A stretch of 64,000 nucleotides of DNA from positions 204,716 through 268,715 of the forward strand of contig JAPLCF010000041.1 of NCBI GenBank assembly GCA_026392355.1, written 5' to 3'. A model generated the notes under the pieces. It was not told the DNA's origin. It saw nothing but the letters and a program-made list of their open reading frames with translations, and searched no databases. The number at the start of each line of letters is the position of its first letter. Within the stretch, counting starts at the first letter, position 1. The stretch is from Actinomycetota bacterium (GTDB taxonomy: Bacteria > Actinomycetota > Thermoleophilia > Gaiellales > F1-60-MAGs149). A program made the position numbers and the translations under genes. This document shows, piece after piece, positions 35,584-47,858 of the stretch.

Positions 35584-35726
35584 CGTACGGGAGGAGGGGA
35601 TGGTATCTGCGGCAGAGCCGCAGCGGAGGGATCAATTCGGGTCGCGCAACCGACTTTTCGTGACACGCTTGTGCGGCGGATGAATCGCGTGGCACATAAC
35701 GGATTTCCACTAGTTCCGGTGGGCGC

Positions 35727-36527
35727 ATGCTGACCGGCCTGCCGCGCCTCATTGCCTCGGATCTCGACGGCACGCTGCTCGATCCCGAGGGGGAGGTGAG
35801 TGTCCGTACCCGCCGCGCCCTCGACGCGGTAATCGCGCGCGGCAGCGACGTCGTGCTCGTCACGGGGCGCCCGCCGCGCTGGGTACGCGATCTGCCCGAT
35901 GCGACCGGTGCGCACTCAGTCGTAGTCTGCGCCAACGGGGCGCTGCTGTACGACGTCGACGAGCACGTCGTGATCGACCACGCGCCGCTCCCGAGCGCGC
36001 TGGCAGTCGAACTCGTCGAGCACCTGCGCCAGGATGCGCCCGGCTGCCGCTTCGCCTGTGAGATGACCTTTCGGTTTGGCCGCGACACCGACTACCCATC
36101 GCGCTGGCCGGTCCCCGACGACACGCTGCTCGGCGACGTGCTCGACATGGTGCGCGACAACGAGACGACGAAGCTGATCGTGCGCGACGACGACATCGAG
36201 CACGACGAGCTCGTCCGGGTCGTCGAGCACATCGTCGGCGAGCGCGCCAACGTCACGCACTCGGGTTACGGCATCGTCGAGCTTTCTGCCGCCGGCGTCG
36301 ACAAGGCTCGGGGCCTGCGCGTGGCGTGCGAGCGCCATGGCATCGACCTCGAGGACGTGATCGCGTTCGGCGACATGCCCAACGACCTACCGATGATCCG
36401 CATCGCCGGGCATGGCGTCGCCGTTGCCAACGCGCACGCCGACGTGCTTGCCGCGGCGGACGAGATCACGGCGTCCAACGCGGACGACGGGGTTGCGCAG
36501 GTGCTCGAGCGGCTGCTCGAGCTCTAG
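35727..36527 (+). CDS. Cof-type HAD-IIB family hydrolase
   Basis: LIASDLDGTLLD motif I, VTGRP motif II, C-terminal AFGD..ND..M motif. Confidence 0.85.
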   Translation: MLTGLPRLIASDLDGTLLDPEGEVSVRTRRALDAVIARGSDVVLVTGRPPRWVRDLPDATGAHSVVVCANGALLYDVDEHVVIDHAPLPSALAVELVEHLRQDAPGCRFACEMTFRFGRDTDYPSRWPVPDDTLLGDVLDMVRDNETTKLIVRDDDIEHDELVRVVEHIVGERANVTHSGYGIVELSAAGVDKARGLRVACERHGIDLEDVIAFGDMPNDLPMIRIAGHGVAVANAHADVLAAADEITASNADDGVAQVLERLLEL

Positions 36528-36588
36528 GCGTCTCGTCGATCGTCGTTGCGTTGGTGCCTAGCCCCAAGGCAAAGCTCCCAGGCGGTGG

Positions 36589-36695
36589 TGGATCCGGCGT
36601 CCATCTTGGGCCCGGGCCCGCTATGACCGCCACCCGCGATCAGGTCACGGTTCTGGATACGCGACCATTTCGGGCCCGGGCCCAAGATGACCGCC
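36589..36695. repeat. two ~42-nt direct repeats with a GGGCCCGGGCCC palindromic core
   Basis: TGGATCCGGCGTCCATCTTGGGCCCGGGCCCGCTATGACCGCC (36589..36631) versus TGGATACGCGACCATTTCGGGCCCGGGCCCAAGATGACCGCC (36654..36695). Together they imply the palindrome CATCTTGGGCCC|GGGCCCAAGATG. Confidence 0.6.
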
Positions 36696-36707
36696 GTCGA
36701 GCGTGTC

Positions 36708-36752
36708 GCGTCAGATGAGTTGAGGGGCGATGCCCCTCAACTCATCTGACGC
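36708..36752. terminator. perfect 21-bp stem-loop spanning the acnA stop codon (putative bidirectional terminator)
   Basis: GCGTCAGATGAGTTGAGGGGC-GAT-GCCCCTCAACTCATCTGACGC. The right arm contains the last four acnA codons plus the stop. Lies between convergent HAD (+) and acnA (-). Confidence 0.7.
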
Positions 36753-39427
36753 AGCACCATCGGCAGGATGCCCCCGTGGCGCAGGTACTCGATCTCGACC
36801 GGCGTGTCGACGCGTGCGAGTGCATCGAACGACTCGGACGAACCGTCGGCTCGCGTGATCGTCACGGTGATCGTGCCGCGCGCCTCGAGTGTTGGCAGCC
36901 CAGAGACGCTGATCGTCTCGGTACCGTCGAGCTTCAGCGTGCCACGGTTGACGCCCTCGGGGAACTGCAGCGGCAGGACGCCCATGCCGACGAGGTTCGA
37001 GCGATGGATGCGCTCGTACGACTCGGCGATGACGACCTTGACGCCCAGCAGCAACGTACCCTTGGCAGCCCAGTCGCGCGAGGAGCCCGACCCGTACTCA
37101 CGGCCCGCGACGATGATCAGCGGCACACCCTCGGCCTGGTAGCGCTCGGAGGCTTCGTAGATCGACATGATCTCGCCCGACGGCTGGTAGGCGGTCAGGC
37201 CGCCCTCTGTGCCGGGGACGAGTTCGTTGCGCAGGCGGACGTTCGCGAACGTACCGCGCACCATCACCTCGTGGTTGCCGCGGCGCGCGCCGTACGAGTT
37301 GAACTCGCGCTGCTCGACGCCGTGCTCCAGCAGCCAGCGGCCGGCGGGGCCGTCGGGCTGGATCACGCCGGCGGGGGAGATGTGGTCGGTTGTGATCGAG
37401 TCGCCGAGTACGGCCAGCGCGCGCATGTCGCTGATGTCGGTGAGGTCGCGCGGCTCGGCGGCCATGCCGGTGAAGAACGGCGGCTGGCGCACGTACGTCG
37501 AGTCGGCATCCCAGTCCATCGTCTGGCCGGTCGGGGCCGAAAGCGCGCGCCAATGCTCATCGCCGTCCCAGATCGCGCCGTACTCCTTGACGTAAACGTC
37601 TTCGGTCAACGAGGAGGCGATGACCTCTTTGATCTCCTCCATCGACGGCCAGATGTCGGCAAGCATCACGTCGTTGCCCTCGCTGTCAGTGCCGATCGGC
37701 TCCGACGTGAGGTCGATGTTGAGCGTGCCGGCCAGCGCGTACGCCACCACGAGCGGGGGCGAGGCGAGGTACGCGGCGCGCACCTTCGGGTGCACGCGGC
37801 CCTCGAAGTTGCGGTTGCCACTCAGCACGGCGCCAACGGCGAGCTCGTGCTCGGAGATCGCGGCGTCGAGCGCCTCGGGCAGCGGGCCCGAGTTGCCGAT
37901 GCACGTCGTGCAGCCGTAGCCGACGAGGTTGAAGCGCAGCTCGTTGAGCGGGCCCGTCAGGCCAGCCCGGTCGAGGTAGTCGGTGACGACGCGCGAGCCG
38001 GGCGCGAGGCTGGTTTTGACCCACGGCTTCGTCTCGAGGCCCTTGGCGCGTGCGTTGCGCGCCACCAAGCCGGCGGCGACCATCACCGACGGGTTCGACG
38101 TGTTGGTGCACGAGGTGATTGCGGCGATCACGACGCTGCCGTGGTTGACGGTGCAGTCCTCGGCGGTCATCGTGGCACCCGCGGCCTCGGCCGGGACGAG
38201 CGCCTGGACGGGGATGCGCACGGGCGACGACTCGCGCGGGAAGGCCTGCTGGAAGCTCTCGCGGACCCCACCGAGGTCGACGCGATCCTGTGGGCGGCTC
38301 GGGCCGGCGAGGCTCGGCACGACCTCGTGCAGATCGAGGACCAGTACGTCGGAGTACGTCGCGAGCGGCTGGCCGTCCTCGCGGAACATGCCCTGCGCAC
38401 GGCAGTACGCCTCGGCCACAGCGGCCTGGGCCTCGCGACCGGTCGAGTTGAGAAAGCGGATCGTCTCGGCGTCGACCGGGAACGTCGCGGCCGTGGCACC
38501 GAACTCGGGCGCCATGTTCGACAGCGTCGAGCGGTCTGGGATCGACAGCGCGCTGAGGCCGTCGCCACAGAACTCGACGTAGCGGCCGACGACGCCGTAC
38601 TGGCGCAGGCGCTCGGTGACGGTCAAAACCAGGTCGGTGGCCGTGACGCCCGGGTTGAGTGAGCCGCGGAACTCGAAGCCGATCACAATCGGCTCGCTCA
38701 TGGCGAGCGGCTGGCCGAGCATCGCGGCCTCAGCCTCGATGCCGCCGACACCCCAGCCGAGTACGCCCAGCGCGTTGACCATCGTCGTGTGCGAGTCGGT
38801 GCCGACGAGCGTGTCGGGCAGCGCGACTTGGCCGCCATCGACCTCGCGCACATCGACGACGCTGGCGAGGTGCTCGACGTTGACCTGATGGACGATGCCC
38901 ATGCCCGGCGGCACGACGCGCAGCCGGCCGAAGGCGCCCTGGCCCCAGCGGAAAAAGCGGTAGCGCTCGCCGTTGCGCTCGTATTCGCGCTCGACGTTCT
39001 TCTCGAACGCGAACTTGGTGCCGAAGGTGTCGACCTGCACCGAGTGGTCGATCACGAGGTCGACGGGCACGAGCGGATCGATCGCGCCCGGATCGCCGCC
39101 GAGCTTGGCGTGCGCATCGCGCATCGCGGCGAGGTCGGCGATCGTCGGGATGCCGGTGAAGTCCTGCAGGATCACGCGCGACGGGATAAACGGCACCGAG
39201 GTGCCCTCCGGCGCGGGGGCGGGCCAGGCTGCGAGTGCGCGGACGTCGGCCTCAGACACGTGCGGACCGGTCGAATGGCGCAGCTGCATCTCGAGCAGCA
39301 CCCGCACGGTGTACGGCAGCTTCGAGGTGTCGATGCCGGCCTCGTCGCAGGCGGCCAGGGCGAAGTACTCGACGCCGTCGACGCCCGGAAGCGGACGGCG
39401 CGCGTTGAGGGGATCGGTGCGCGTCAT
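36737..39427 (-). CDS. acnA: aconitate hydratase AcnA
   Basis: 896 aa. DLVIDHSVQVD, GTDSHTTM, ITSCTNTSNP, CTTCIGNSG, ASPPLVVAYALAG, GREYGSGSSRDWAAKG motifs. Confidence 0.95.
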   Translation of the reverse strand: MTRTDPLNARRPLPGVDGVEYFALAACDEAGIDTSKLPYTVRVLLEMQLRHSTGPHVSEADVRALAAWPAPAPEGTSVPFIPSRVILQDFTGIPTIADLAAMRDAHAKLGGDPGAIDPLVPVDLVIDHSVQVDTFGTKFAFEKNVEREYERNGERYRFFRWGQGAFGRLRVVPPGMGIVHQVNVEHLASVVDVREVDGGQVALPDTLVGTDSHTTMVNALGVLGWGVGGIEAEAAMLGQPLAMSEPIVIGFEFRGSLNPGVTATDLVLTVTERLRQYGVVGRYVEFCGDGLSALSIPDRSTLSNMAPEFGATAATFPVDAETIRFLNSTGREAQAAVAEAYCRAQGMFREDGQPLATYSDVLVLDLHEVVPSLAGPSRPQDRVDLGGVRESFQQAFPRESSPVRIPVQALVPAEAAGATMTAEDCTVNHGSVVIAAITSCTNTSNPSVMVAAGLVARNARAKGLETKPWVKTSLAPGSRVVTDYLDRAGLTGPLNELRFNLVGYGCTTCIGNSGPLPEALDAAISEHELAVGAVLSGNRNFEGRVHPKVRAAYLASPPLVVAYALAGTLNIDLTSEPIGTDSEGNDVMLADIWPSMEEIKEVIASSLTEDVYVKEYGAIWDGDEHWRALSAPTGQTMDWDADSTYVRQPPFFTGMAAEPRDLTDISDMRALAVLGDSITTDHISPAGVIQPDGPAGRWLLEHGVEQREFNSYGARRGNHEVMVRGTFANVRLRNELVPGTEGGLTAYQPSGEIMSIYEASERYQAEGVPLIIVAGREYGSGSSRDWAAKGTLLLGVKVVIAESYERIHRSNLVGMGVLPLQFPEGVNRGTLKLDGTETISVSGLPTLEARGTITVTITRADGSSESFDALARVDTPVEIEYLRHGGILPMVLRQMS

Positions 39428-39453
39428 CCCGGCATCATGCCACGGGGTGAAGG

Positions 39454-40707
39454 TCAGGTGAGGAGACCGAACGTGGGCCCGATCAGCCCCACGATCGCGC
39501 CAATCGCAGCGGCCGCCACAACGAGGACGGGCACCGGGACGCCGCGGCGGTGCAGCACGAACACCACGATCGCGACTGCGGCGGCGAGCAGGTCGATGCC
39601 GCCATCACGCAGGATTGCGTGGTCCGCCAGGTAGACCACGAGCACGGCGATCGCGCCCGCCACCACGCCCTGGAGCGCTGCGAGTGCGTCGGCGACCGGA
39701 CCACGGCGCGGGACGTGCTCGATCAGCGGCGCCCCGACCGAGATCATCAGAAACGACGGCGCGAAGGTGGCGAAGGTGGCCACGAGTGCACCGGCGATGC
39801 CGCCGGCCGCACCGCCGAGCGTGGTCCAGCCCGCCACAAACCCGACGAACGAGTTGACCATGATCAGCGGACCTGGGGTCGTCTCGCCGAGCGCGAGGCC
39901 GGCGATCATCTGCTCGGGCGTGAGCCAGCCGAAGCGCCCGACGGCCGCAGCTGCCACGAAGGGCAAAACGGCGTAGGCCCCGCCGAAGGTGACGAGCGCC
40001 ACGATCGTGAAGAACCCGGTCAGCTCGGCGATCACGCCACCGACGGCGAGCAGTGCGATGACCGCGCCGAGCCAGATGGCGGTACCGATCACCGCACGGC
40101 GGATCAGCGCCGGTCGGTCGACGGGATGCGGCGGCTCGCCCGGGTCTTCCTGGTCCTCAAGCGGCACGAGCGCGGTAGGCCGGAAGCGTCCGATCAGGAA
40201 GCCGGCCAGGGCGCCGAGCAGCACGAGGATCGGAAACAGCGCGCCGAGCAGCATCGAGACACCGGCGATCACGCCGATGGCGAGCGTCCAGCGCGTCTTC
40301 ACGACTTTGCGGCCCATCCGGATGCCCGCCGCGACCACGAGCGCCACGACGGCACCGCCGAGGGCGCGAACGATGCCCGTCACCACGCCGGTCTCGCCGA
40401 ACGCCATGTAGATCCACGACAGCGCGATGATCAGCACGAGGGAGGGGAGGATGAACAGCCCGCCGCTCGCGATCGCGCCGCGCACCCCGTGCAGGCGGTA
40501 CCCGAGGTAGCACGCGAGTTGCTGCGCCTCGGGCCCGGGCAGCGCGGTGCACAGGCGCAGCGCGTGGAGGAATGAGCGCTCGTCGATCCACTGGCGGCGC
40601 TCTACGACCTCGCGGTGCATCAGGTCGATCTGTGCGAGCGGGCCGCCAAACGAGATGCAGCCGAGCCGCAGCCAGACACGCAGCGCCGCCCCGAACGACG
40701 GGGTCAT
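39454..40707 (-). CDS. chrA: chromate transporter ChrA (duplicated CHR domain)
   Basis: ATG 40707 within ORF 39454..40977. ISFGGP.AQI..M..E.V.RR.W and a second half with FGGAYAVLP...... Start overlaps the MATE stop (ATGA). Confidence 0.85.
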   Translation of the reverse strand: MTPSFGAALRVWLRLGCISFGGPLAQIDLMHREVVERRQWIDERSFLHALRLCTALPGPEAQQLACYLGYRLHGVRGAIASGGLFILPSLVLIIALSWIYMAFGETGVVTGIVRALGGAVVALVVAAGIRMGRKVVKTRWTLAIGVIAGVSMLLGALFPILVLLGALAGFLIGRFRPTALVPLEDQEDPGEPPHPVDRPALIRRAVIGTAIWLGAVIALLAVGGVIAELTGFFTIVALVTFGGAYAVLPFVAAAAVGRFGWLTPEQMIAGLALGETTPGPLIMVNSFVGFVAGWTTLGGAAGGIAGALVATFATFAPSFLMISVGAPLIEHVPRRGPVADALAALQGVVAGAIAVLVVYLADHAILRDGGIDLLAAAVAIVVFVLHRRGVPVPVLVVAAAAIGAIVGLIGPTFGLLT

Positions 40708-42029
40708 GTCGTGGCGCCGCCGATCGCCCAGGCGCCACGCCACGTGCGGGCGCCGCCGAGCACGAAGCGGATCAGGATGAACAGCGTGATGCCCATCCAG
40801 AGGCCGGTCAGCCCCCACCCAAGGTAGATCGTGCCGAGCATGCAGGGAAGGTACCCGCCCAGCACTGCCACGAGGGTGAAGTTCCGCATAAAGGCGGTGT
40901 CTCCCGCGCCGACGAGGATGCCGTCGATGGCGAAGACCACGCCGGCAAACGGCTGCATGCCGCCGAACCAGATCCACGCGGCCCCGGTCGCGTCAACGAC
41001 GTCATCGTCGTTGGTGAAGAGGCGCGGGATCACGCGCCAGCCGGCGAGGATGATGACGCCGAAGACCGCACCGACCATCGCCCCGAGCTGACAGAGACGT
41101 CGCGCGGTGGCGCGAGCGGCGGCGATGTCATCCGCTCCGAGCAGTTCCCCGATCAGTGCCTGCCCCGCGATTGCGAAAGCATCCAGCGTGAGCGCCAGGA
41201 AGTACCAGAGTTGGATGGCGATGAGGTGCGCGGCCACCTGCTCGGGGCCGAGGCGCGAGGCGACGGCAGTGGCACTCAGGAACGTGCTCTCGAGTGCGAT
41301 CGTGCGGATGCCGAGATCCCGCGCGGCGCCGAGCTGCTCGATCAGGCCCTCGCGGTACGGCCGCAGCGAGACGTGCTCGCGCAGCAGCGCCTGCAGAAAC
41401 AGGGCGGCTGCCACGATCTGCCCAACGACGTTGGCGTACGCCGAGCCGTTGAGCCCCATGTCGAGGCCGTAGACCAGCAGTGGTGCGAGGGCAGCGCTGA
41501 CGATATTCGAGGCGATCAGGTAGACCAGCGGCTTACGGAGATCCTGGACGCCACGCAGCCAACCGCACCCGGCCAGCACGATCGTTACGAAGGGGATGCC
41601 GAACAGCGCGATGCGGAGCCAGCCGAGCGCTGCGGCCTGCGTCTCCGGGTGGTTGCCCGCGATCAGGTGCGTGATCGGATCGGCGAAGACCTGCAGCACG
41701 ATGAGGAGCAGCACGCCGACGATCGCCCCGAGCCACGTGGCCTGCACGCCGCGCTCCACGGCCTCCGTGCGCCGGCCGGCACCGAAGAGGCGCGAGGCAC
41801 GGCTCGTGGTGCCGTAGGCGAGGAAGTTCATCAGCCAGATCGCGTTGCCCAGCAGCGCGGCGCCAACGGCAAGCCCGGCCAGCGACTCCTTGCCGAGGTG
41901 GCCCACCACAGCCGTGTCGACGAGCAAGTACAGCGGCTCAGCGGCCAGCGACCCGAGGGCGGGAAACGCGAGCGCGAAAATGCGTCGGTCGGGTACGCGC
42001 GTCGTCACGGCGGACAGGATGGCAGGCAT
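40704..42029 (-). CDS. MATE family efflux transporter
   Basis: ATG 42029 within ORF 40704..42155. 12-TM protein. IFALAFPALGSLAAEPLYLLVDTAVVGHLG is a typical MATE/DinF-like N-terminus. Confidence 0.85.
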   Translation of the reverse strand: MPAILSAVTTRVPDRRIFALAFPALGSLAAEPLYLLVDTAVVGHLGKESLAGLAVGAALLGNAIWLMNFLAYGTTSRASRLFGAGRRTEAVERGVQATWLGAIVGVLLLIVLQVFADPITHLIAGNHPETQAAALGWLRIALFGIPFVTIVLAGCGWLRGVQDLRKPLVYLIASNIVSAALAPLLVYGLDMGLNGSAYANVVGQIVAAALFLQALLREHVSLRPYREGLIEQLGAARDLGIRTIALESTFLSATAVASRLGPEQVAAHLIAIQLWYFLALTLDAFAIAGQALIGELLGADDIAAARATARRLCQLGAMVGAVFGVIILAGWRVIPRLFTNDDDVVDATGAAWIWFGGMQPFAGVVFAIDGILVGAGDTAFMRNFTLVAVLGGYLPCMLGTIYLGWGLTGLWMGITLFILIRFVLGGARTWRGAWAIGGATT

Positions 42030-42047
42030 GGCCGGCCGTGTCGGCGG

Positions 42048-42152
42048 ATGCTCCAAAGGGGTCAGACCCTTTTGGCGCATGCCGATTGGCGCTCTTGCTC
42101 CTGCGTTCGCGGCATGGGCATGCTCCAAAAGGGTCTGACCCCTTTGGAGCAT
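42048..42152. repeat. 105-bp MITE-like palindromic element with 33-bp inverted ends
   Basis: ATGCTCCAAAGGGGTCAGACCCTTTTGGCGCAT (42048..42080) equals the reverse complement of 42120..42152 at 32 of 33 positions. Each end is itself a near-palindrome around GGGTC(A/T)GACCC. Confidence 0.65.
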
Positions 42153-42156
42153 CAAC

Positions 42157-42200
42157 GTCGATGCTCATGCCGCCGCTACGCTGCCGGCATGAGCATCGAC
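42157..42200 (+). promoter_or_regulatory. perfect 16-bp hairpin sequestering the start codon of the DsbA-like gene
   Basis: GTCGATGCTCATGCCG (42157..42172) pairs with CGGCATGAGCATCGAC (42185..42200). ATG 42189 lies inside the 3' arm. No Shine-Dalgarno visible upstream. Confidence 0.4.
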
Positions 42201-43055
42201 GTCGTTCACTACACCGATCCGGGCTGCCCGTGGGCCTACTCCGCCGAGCCCTTTATTCGCGCGCTCGAGTGGCGGTATGGCGATGGCCTTAACTGGCGCA
42301 CCTGCATGATCGGCCTCGCCGAGGATCCGCAGCGGTACATCGACGCCGGCTACACGGGCGAGAAGATGACGCAGTGGCACATCGAGTTTCGCGACCGCTT
42401 CGGTATGCCGTTTGGCACCGCCCCGCGCGAGCGCCCCGCCGCGACGGGCCTGGCTTGTCGTCTGATCGTGAGCGCGCGACGTCAGGGCCACGACGCCGCC
42501 GATGCCGTCATGCGGGCGATGCGCTTCTCGTGGTTTACCGACCCGCGCCCGCACGACTCGCTCGAGGTGCTCGAGCCGATCGTCCGCAGCGTGACCGGCA
42601 TCGACGTTGACGCCGTGCTGGCCGGCCTCAACGACCCTGCGGTCGAGGAGGCCTACCTCGCCGACAAGCGCGAGTCGCGCACGATCCTGCCGCCCGCCAC
42701 GGCGCAGGGCAAGACCGCGACGACTGACGGTGATGAGCGCTACACCGCGCCGAGCCTCACCTTCAGCCGTGACGGCGAGATGCTGGTGGCCGCCGGCTGG
42801 CAGCCGCTCGGCGCCTACGACGTCTGCATCGCCAACCTCGAGCCGACGCTGCCGCAACGCGGCCCGGCCGGTCCGGAGGAGACGCTGCCTGCCTTTCCGC
42901 GCGGTCTCACCACGTACGAGGTCGCGCTGCTCAAGTGCGCGCGCAACGACGATCCGGACCTCGCGGCGACGGAGTGGGACTTGATCTCGCTGGCCGCGAA
43001 TGGCAAGGCGCGGCGGGTGGCCGTCGGCCACGACGCACTCTGGTTGCCGGTCTAG
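42189..43055 (+). CDS. DsbA-like thioredoxin-fold protein (single-Cys CPWA motif) with C-terminal extension
   Basis: Real gene inside the artefactual ORF 40572..43055. MSIDVVHYTDPGCPWAYSAEP start is typical of the DSBA/FrnE/HCCA-isomerase-like family. About 288 aa. Confidence 0.72.
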   Translation: MSIDVVHYTDPGCPWAYSAEPFIRALEWRYGDGLNWRTCMIGLAEDPQRYIDAGYTGEKMTQWHIEFRDRFGMPFGTAPRERPAATGLACRLIVSARRQGHDAADAVMRAMRFSWFTDPRPHDSLEVLEPIVRSVTGIDVDAVLAGLNDPAVEEAYLADKRESRTILPPATAQGKTATTDGDERYTAPSLTFSRDGEMLVAAGWQPLGAYDVCIANLEPTLPQRGPAGPEETLPAFPRGLTTYEVALLKCARNDDPDLAATEWDLISLAANGKARRVAVGHDALWLPV

Positions 43056-43059
43056 CTGA

Positions 43060-45737
<2,678 letters not shown>

Positions 45738-45741
<4 letters not shown>

Positions 45742-47690
45742 ACCAGCACCTCAGAGTCGGCGGCCGACTCCTCGAGCCACGCGCGTCGCGGCGCTGGGTT
45801 CGAGCCCATCACGAGGTCGACGGTCTTGGCGGCCTCGGCGGCGTCCTCGATCGAGATCTGTTGCAGCCGACGTGTGGCCGGGTCGAACACGGTCTCGCGC
45901 AGTTGGTCGGGGTTCATCTCGCCGAGGCCCTTGAAGCGCGTCACGTGATCGCCGGTGCGCTTGGTCTTGGCGAGCGTGTCGCGCAACTCGTCTTCGGTGT
46001 GCACGTAGACGGCCGAGCCGTCCTTGAGCGAGATACGGAACAGCGGCGGACGCGCCAGGAACACGCGACCACCGGCGAGGAGGTCGGGGAACAGCTCGTG
46101 GAAGAGCGTGATCAGCAGGTTGGTGATGTGCGCGCCGTCGGCGTCGGCGTCGGCGGTGATCACGACCTTGCCGTAGCGCAGCTGCTCTTCCTCGAGTGTG
46201 GCCACGAGGGTGGAGCCGATCACGTCTTTGCGCCCGCCGAGTGCGACGAGGATCGAGTCGACCTCGGTGTTGTCGAAGGCCTTGCCGTTCTTGGCGCCGA
46301 GGACGTTGAGGATCTTGCCGCGGATCGGCAGGATCGCCTGCGTCGCGTTGTCGCGCGCCTGCTTGGCACTACCGCCAGCGGAGTCGCCCTCGACGATGAA
46401 AATCTCGCGCTCGATGTTCGGGATCGAGGGATTGTCGATCGTGTCGGCAAGTTTGCCCGGCAGGTTCGAGTCGCTCATGATCGACGTTGCCGCGTTGCGG
46501 AGCTTCTTCGAGATCTTGGCCTTGGCAAGGCGCACGTCGCGCGCCAGCACGACACGGTCGAGCACCTTCTTGGCGTCGTCGGCGTTCTTCTTGTCGGCCA
46601 GCCACTCGGCCAGCGCCTGGCCGGTGAAGGCAGCGACGCTGGTCTGCGCCTCCTGGTTGTTGAGGCGCCCCTTGGTCTGGCCCTCGAACTGCGGATCCTC
46701 GAGCATCACGGAAATCGCGGCGGTCAGCCCGTCGGCGACATCCTTGGCGTCAAGCGACTCGCCCTTGTCCTTCTTCAGTCGGCCTGCGTCATACGCGGCC
46801 TGGTTGAGCACGCGCGTGAGTGCGCGGCGCAGGCCAGAGACGTGCGCGCCGCCATCGACGGTGTTGACGACGTTGCAGAAGGAGAAGACGCGATCGTCGG
46901 CGCCCATCGTCCACTGCAGGGCGATCTCGATCGGGATTCCGCCGGACTCGCCGCTGAGCGAGATGATCGAGGGATGCGCGACGTCGCGGCTCTCGTTGAG
47001 CTCGTGCACGTAGTCGGCCAGGCCGTTGTTGCTCTTGTAGGTGTGCTCGGCGCCATCGGGCGTGCGCAGGGTGAAGGACAGACCGCGCACGAGGAACGAC
47101 TTCTCGCGCAGGCGCTGCTGCACCGTGGTGTTCGAGAGGTGGGCGTTCTTGTCAAAGATCGTGCGATCGGGCGTGAACTTCACGGTCGTGCCGTTGCGCT
47201 CGCCCTTCTCGAGTGCGCGCATGTCCTTGACCGGGCCGTCGGGAATGCCGCGCTGATAGCGCTGGCTCCACAGCCGCTTATCGCGTCGCACCTCGACCTC
47301 GAGCCACTCGGACAAGGCGTTCGTAACGCTCGCGCCGACGCCGTGCAGACCGCCGGAGACCTTGTAGCCGCCGTCGCCGAATTTGCCGCCGGCGTGCAGC
47401 TTGGTGAACACGAGCTCAAGCGCAGACACGCCCTGCTCGGGGTGGATATCGACGGGGATGCCGCGACCGTCGTCGGTGATGGTGATCACTTCACCGTCGT
47501 CGATCTGGACCACGATGTTCGAGCAGCGGCCAGCCAGCGCCTCGTCGACGGCGTTATCGACGACCTCCCAGATCAGGTGGTGCAGCGCACGACTATTGGT
47601 GCCACCGATGTACATGCCGGGCCGCACGCGTACGGGCTCAAGACCCTCAAGTACGCGGATATCGGCAGCGCTGTAGCGGTCTTTGGCCAT
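45738..47690 (-). CDS. type IIA DNA topoisomerase subunit B (GyrB/ParE family)
   Basis: ATG 47690 within ORF 45738..48353. [85 protein letters not shown]. Confidence 0.92.
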
Positions 47691-47858
47691 TGGATCGCAG
47701 GCTAGCCGCTGGGGTTCCGGGTCTCTGTCTCCGTGGTGAGAGGACAGTGCGTCACAGGCGTGAAAGCGAACGGTTCTAGGCTTACGCCCGCTACTTCGCG
47801 AAATCGCATCTGAACGCAACGAACACGACCTCTCGACGCCGACCGGAGACCTACCACC

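Noticed and set aside
35600-35683. 27-codon small ORF (MVSAAEPQRRDQFGSRNRLFVTRLCGG) with a strong GGGAGGAGGGG just upstream, between secG and the HAD gene
   Set aside because: About a third of its codons end in A/T (GTA, TCT, GCA, CAA, CGA, CTT, ACA, GGA...), unlike every confident gene here. No recognisable peptide features. The purine run may be fortuitous. Worth a look only if Ribo-seq data exist.
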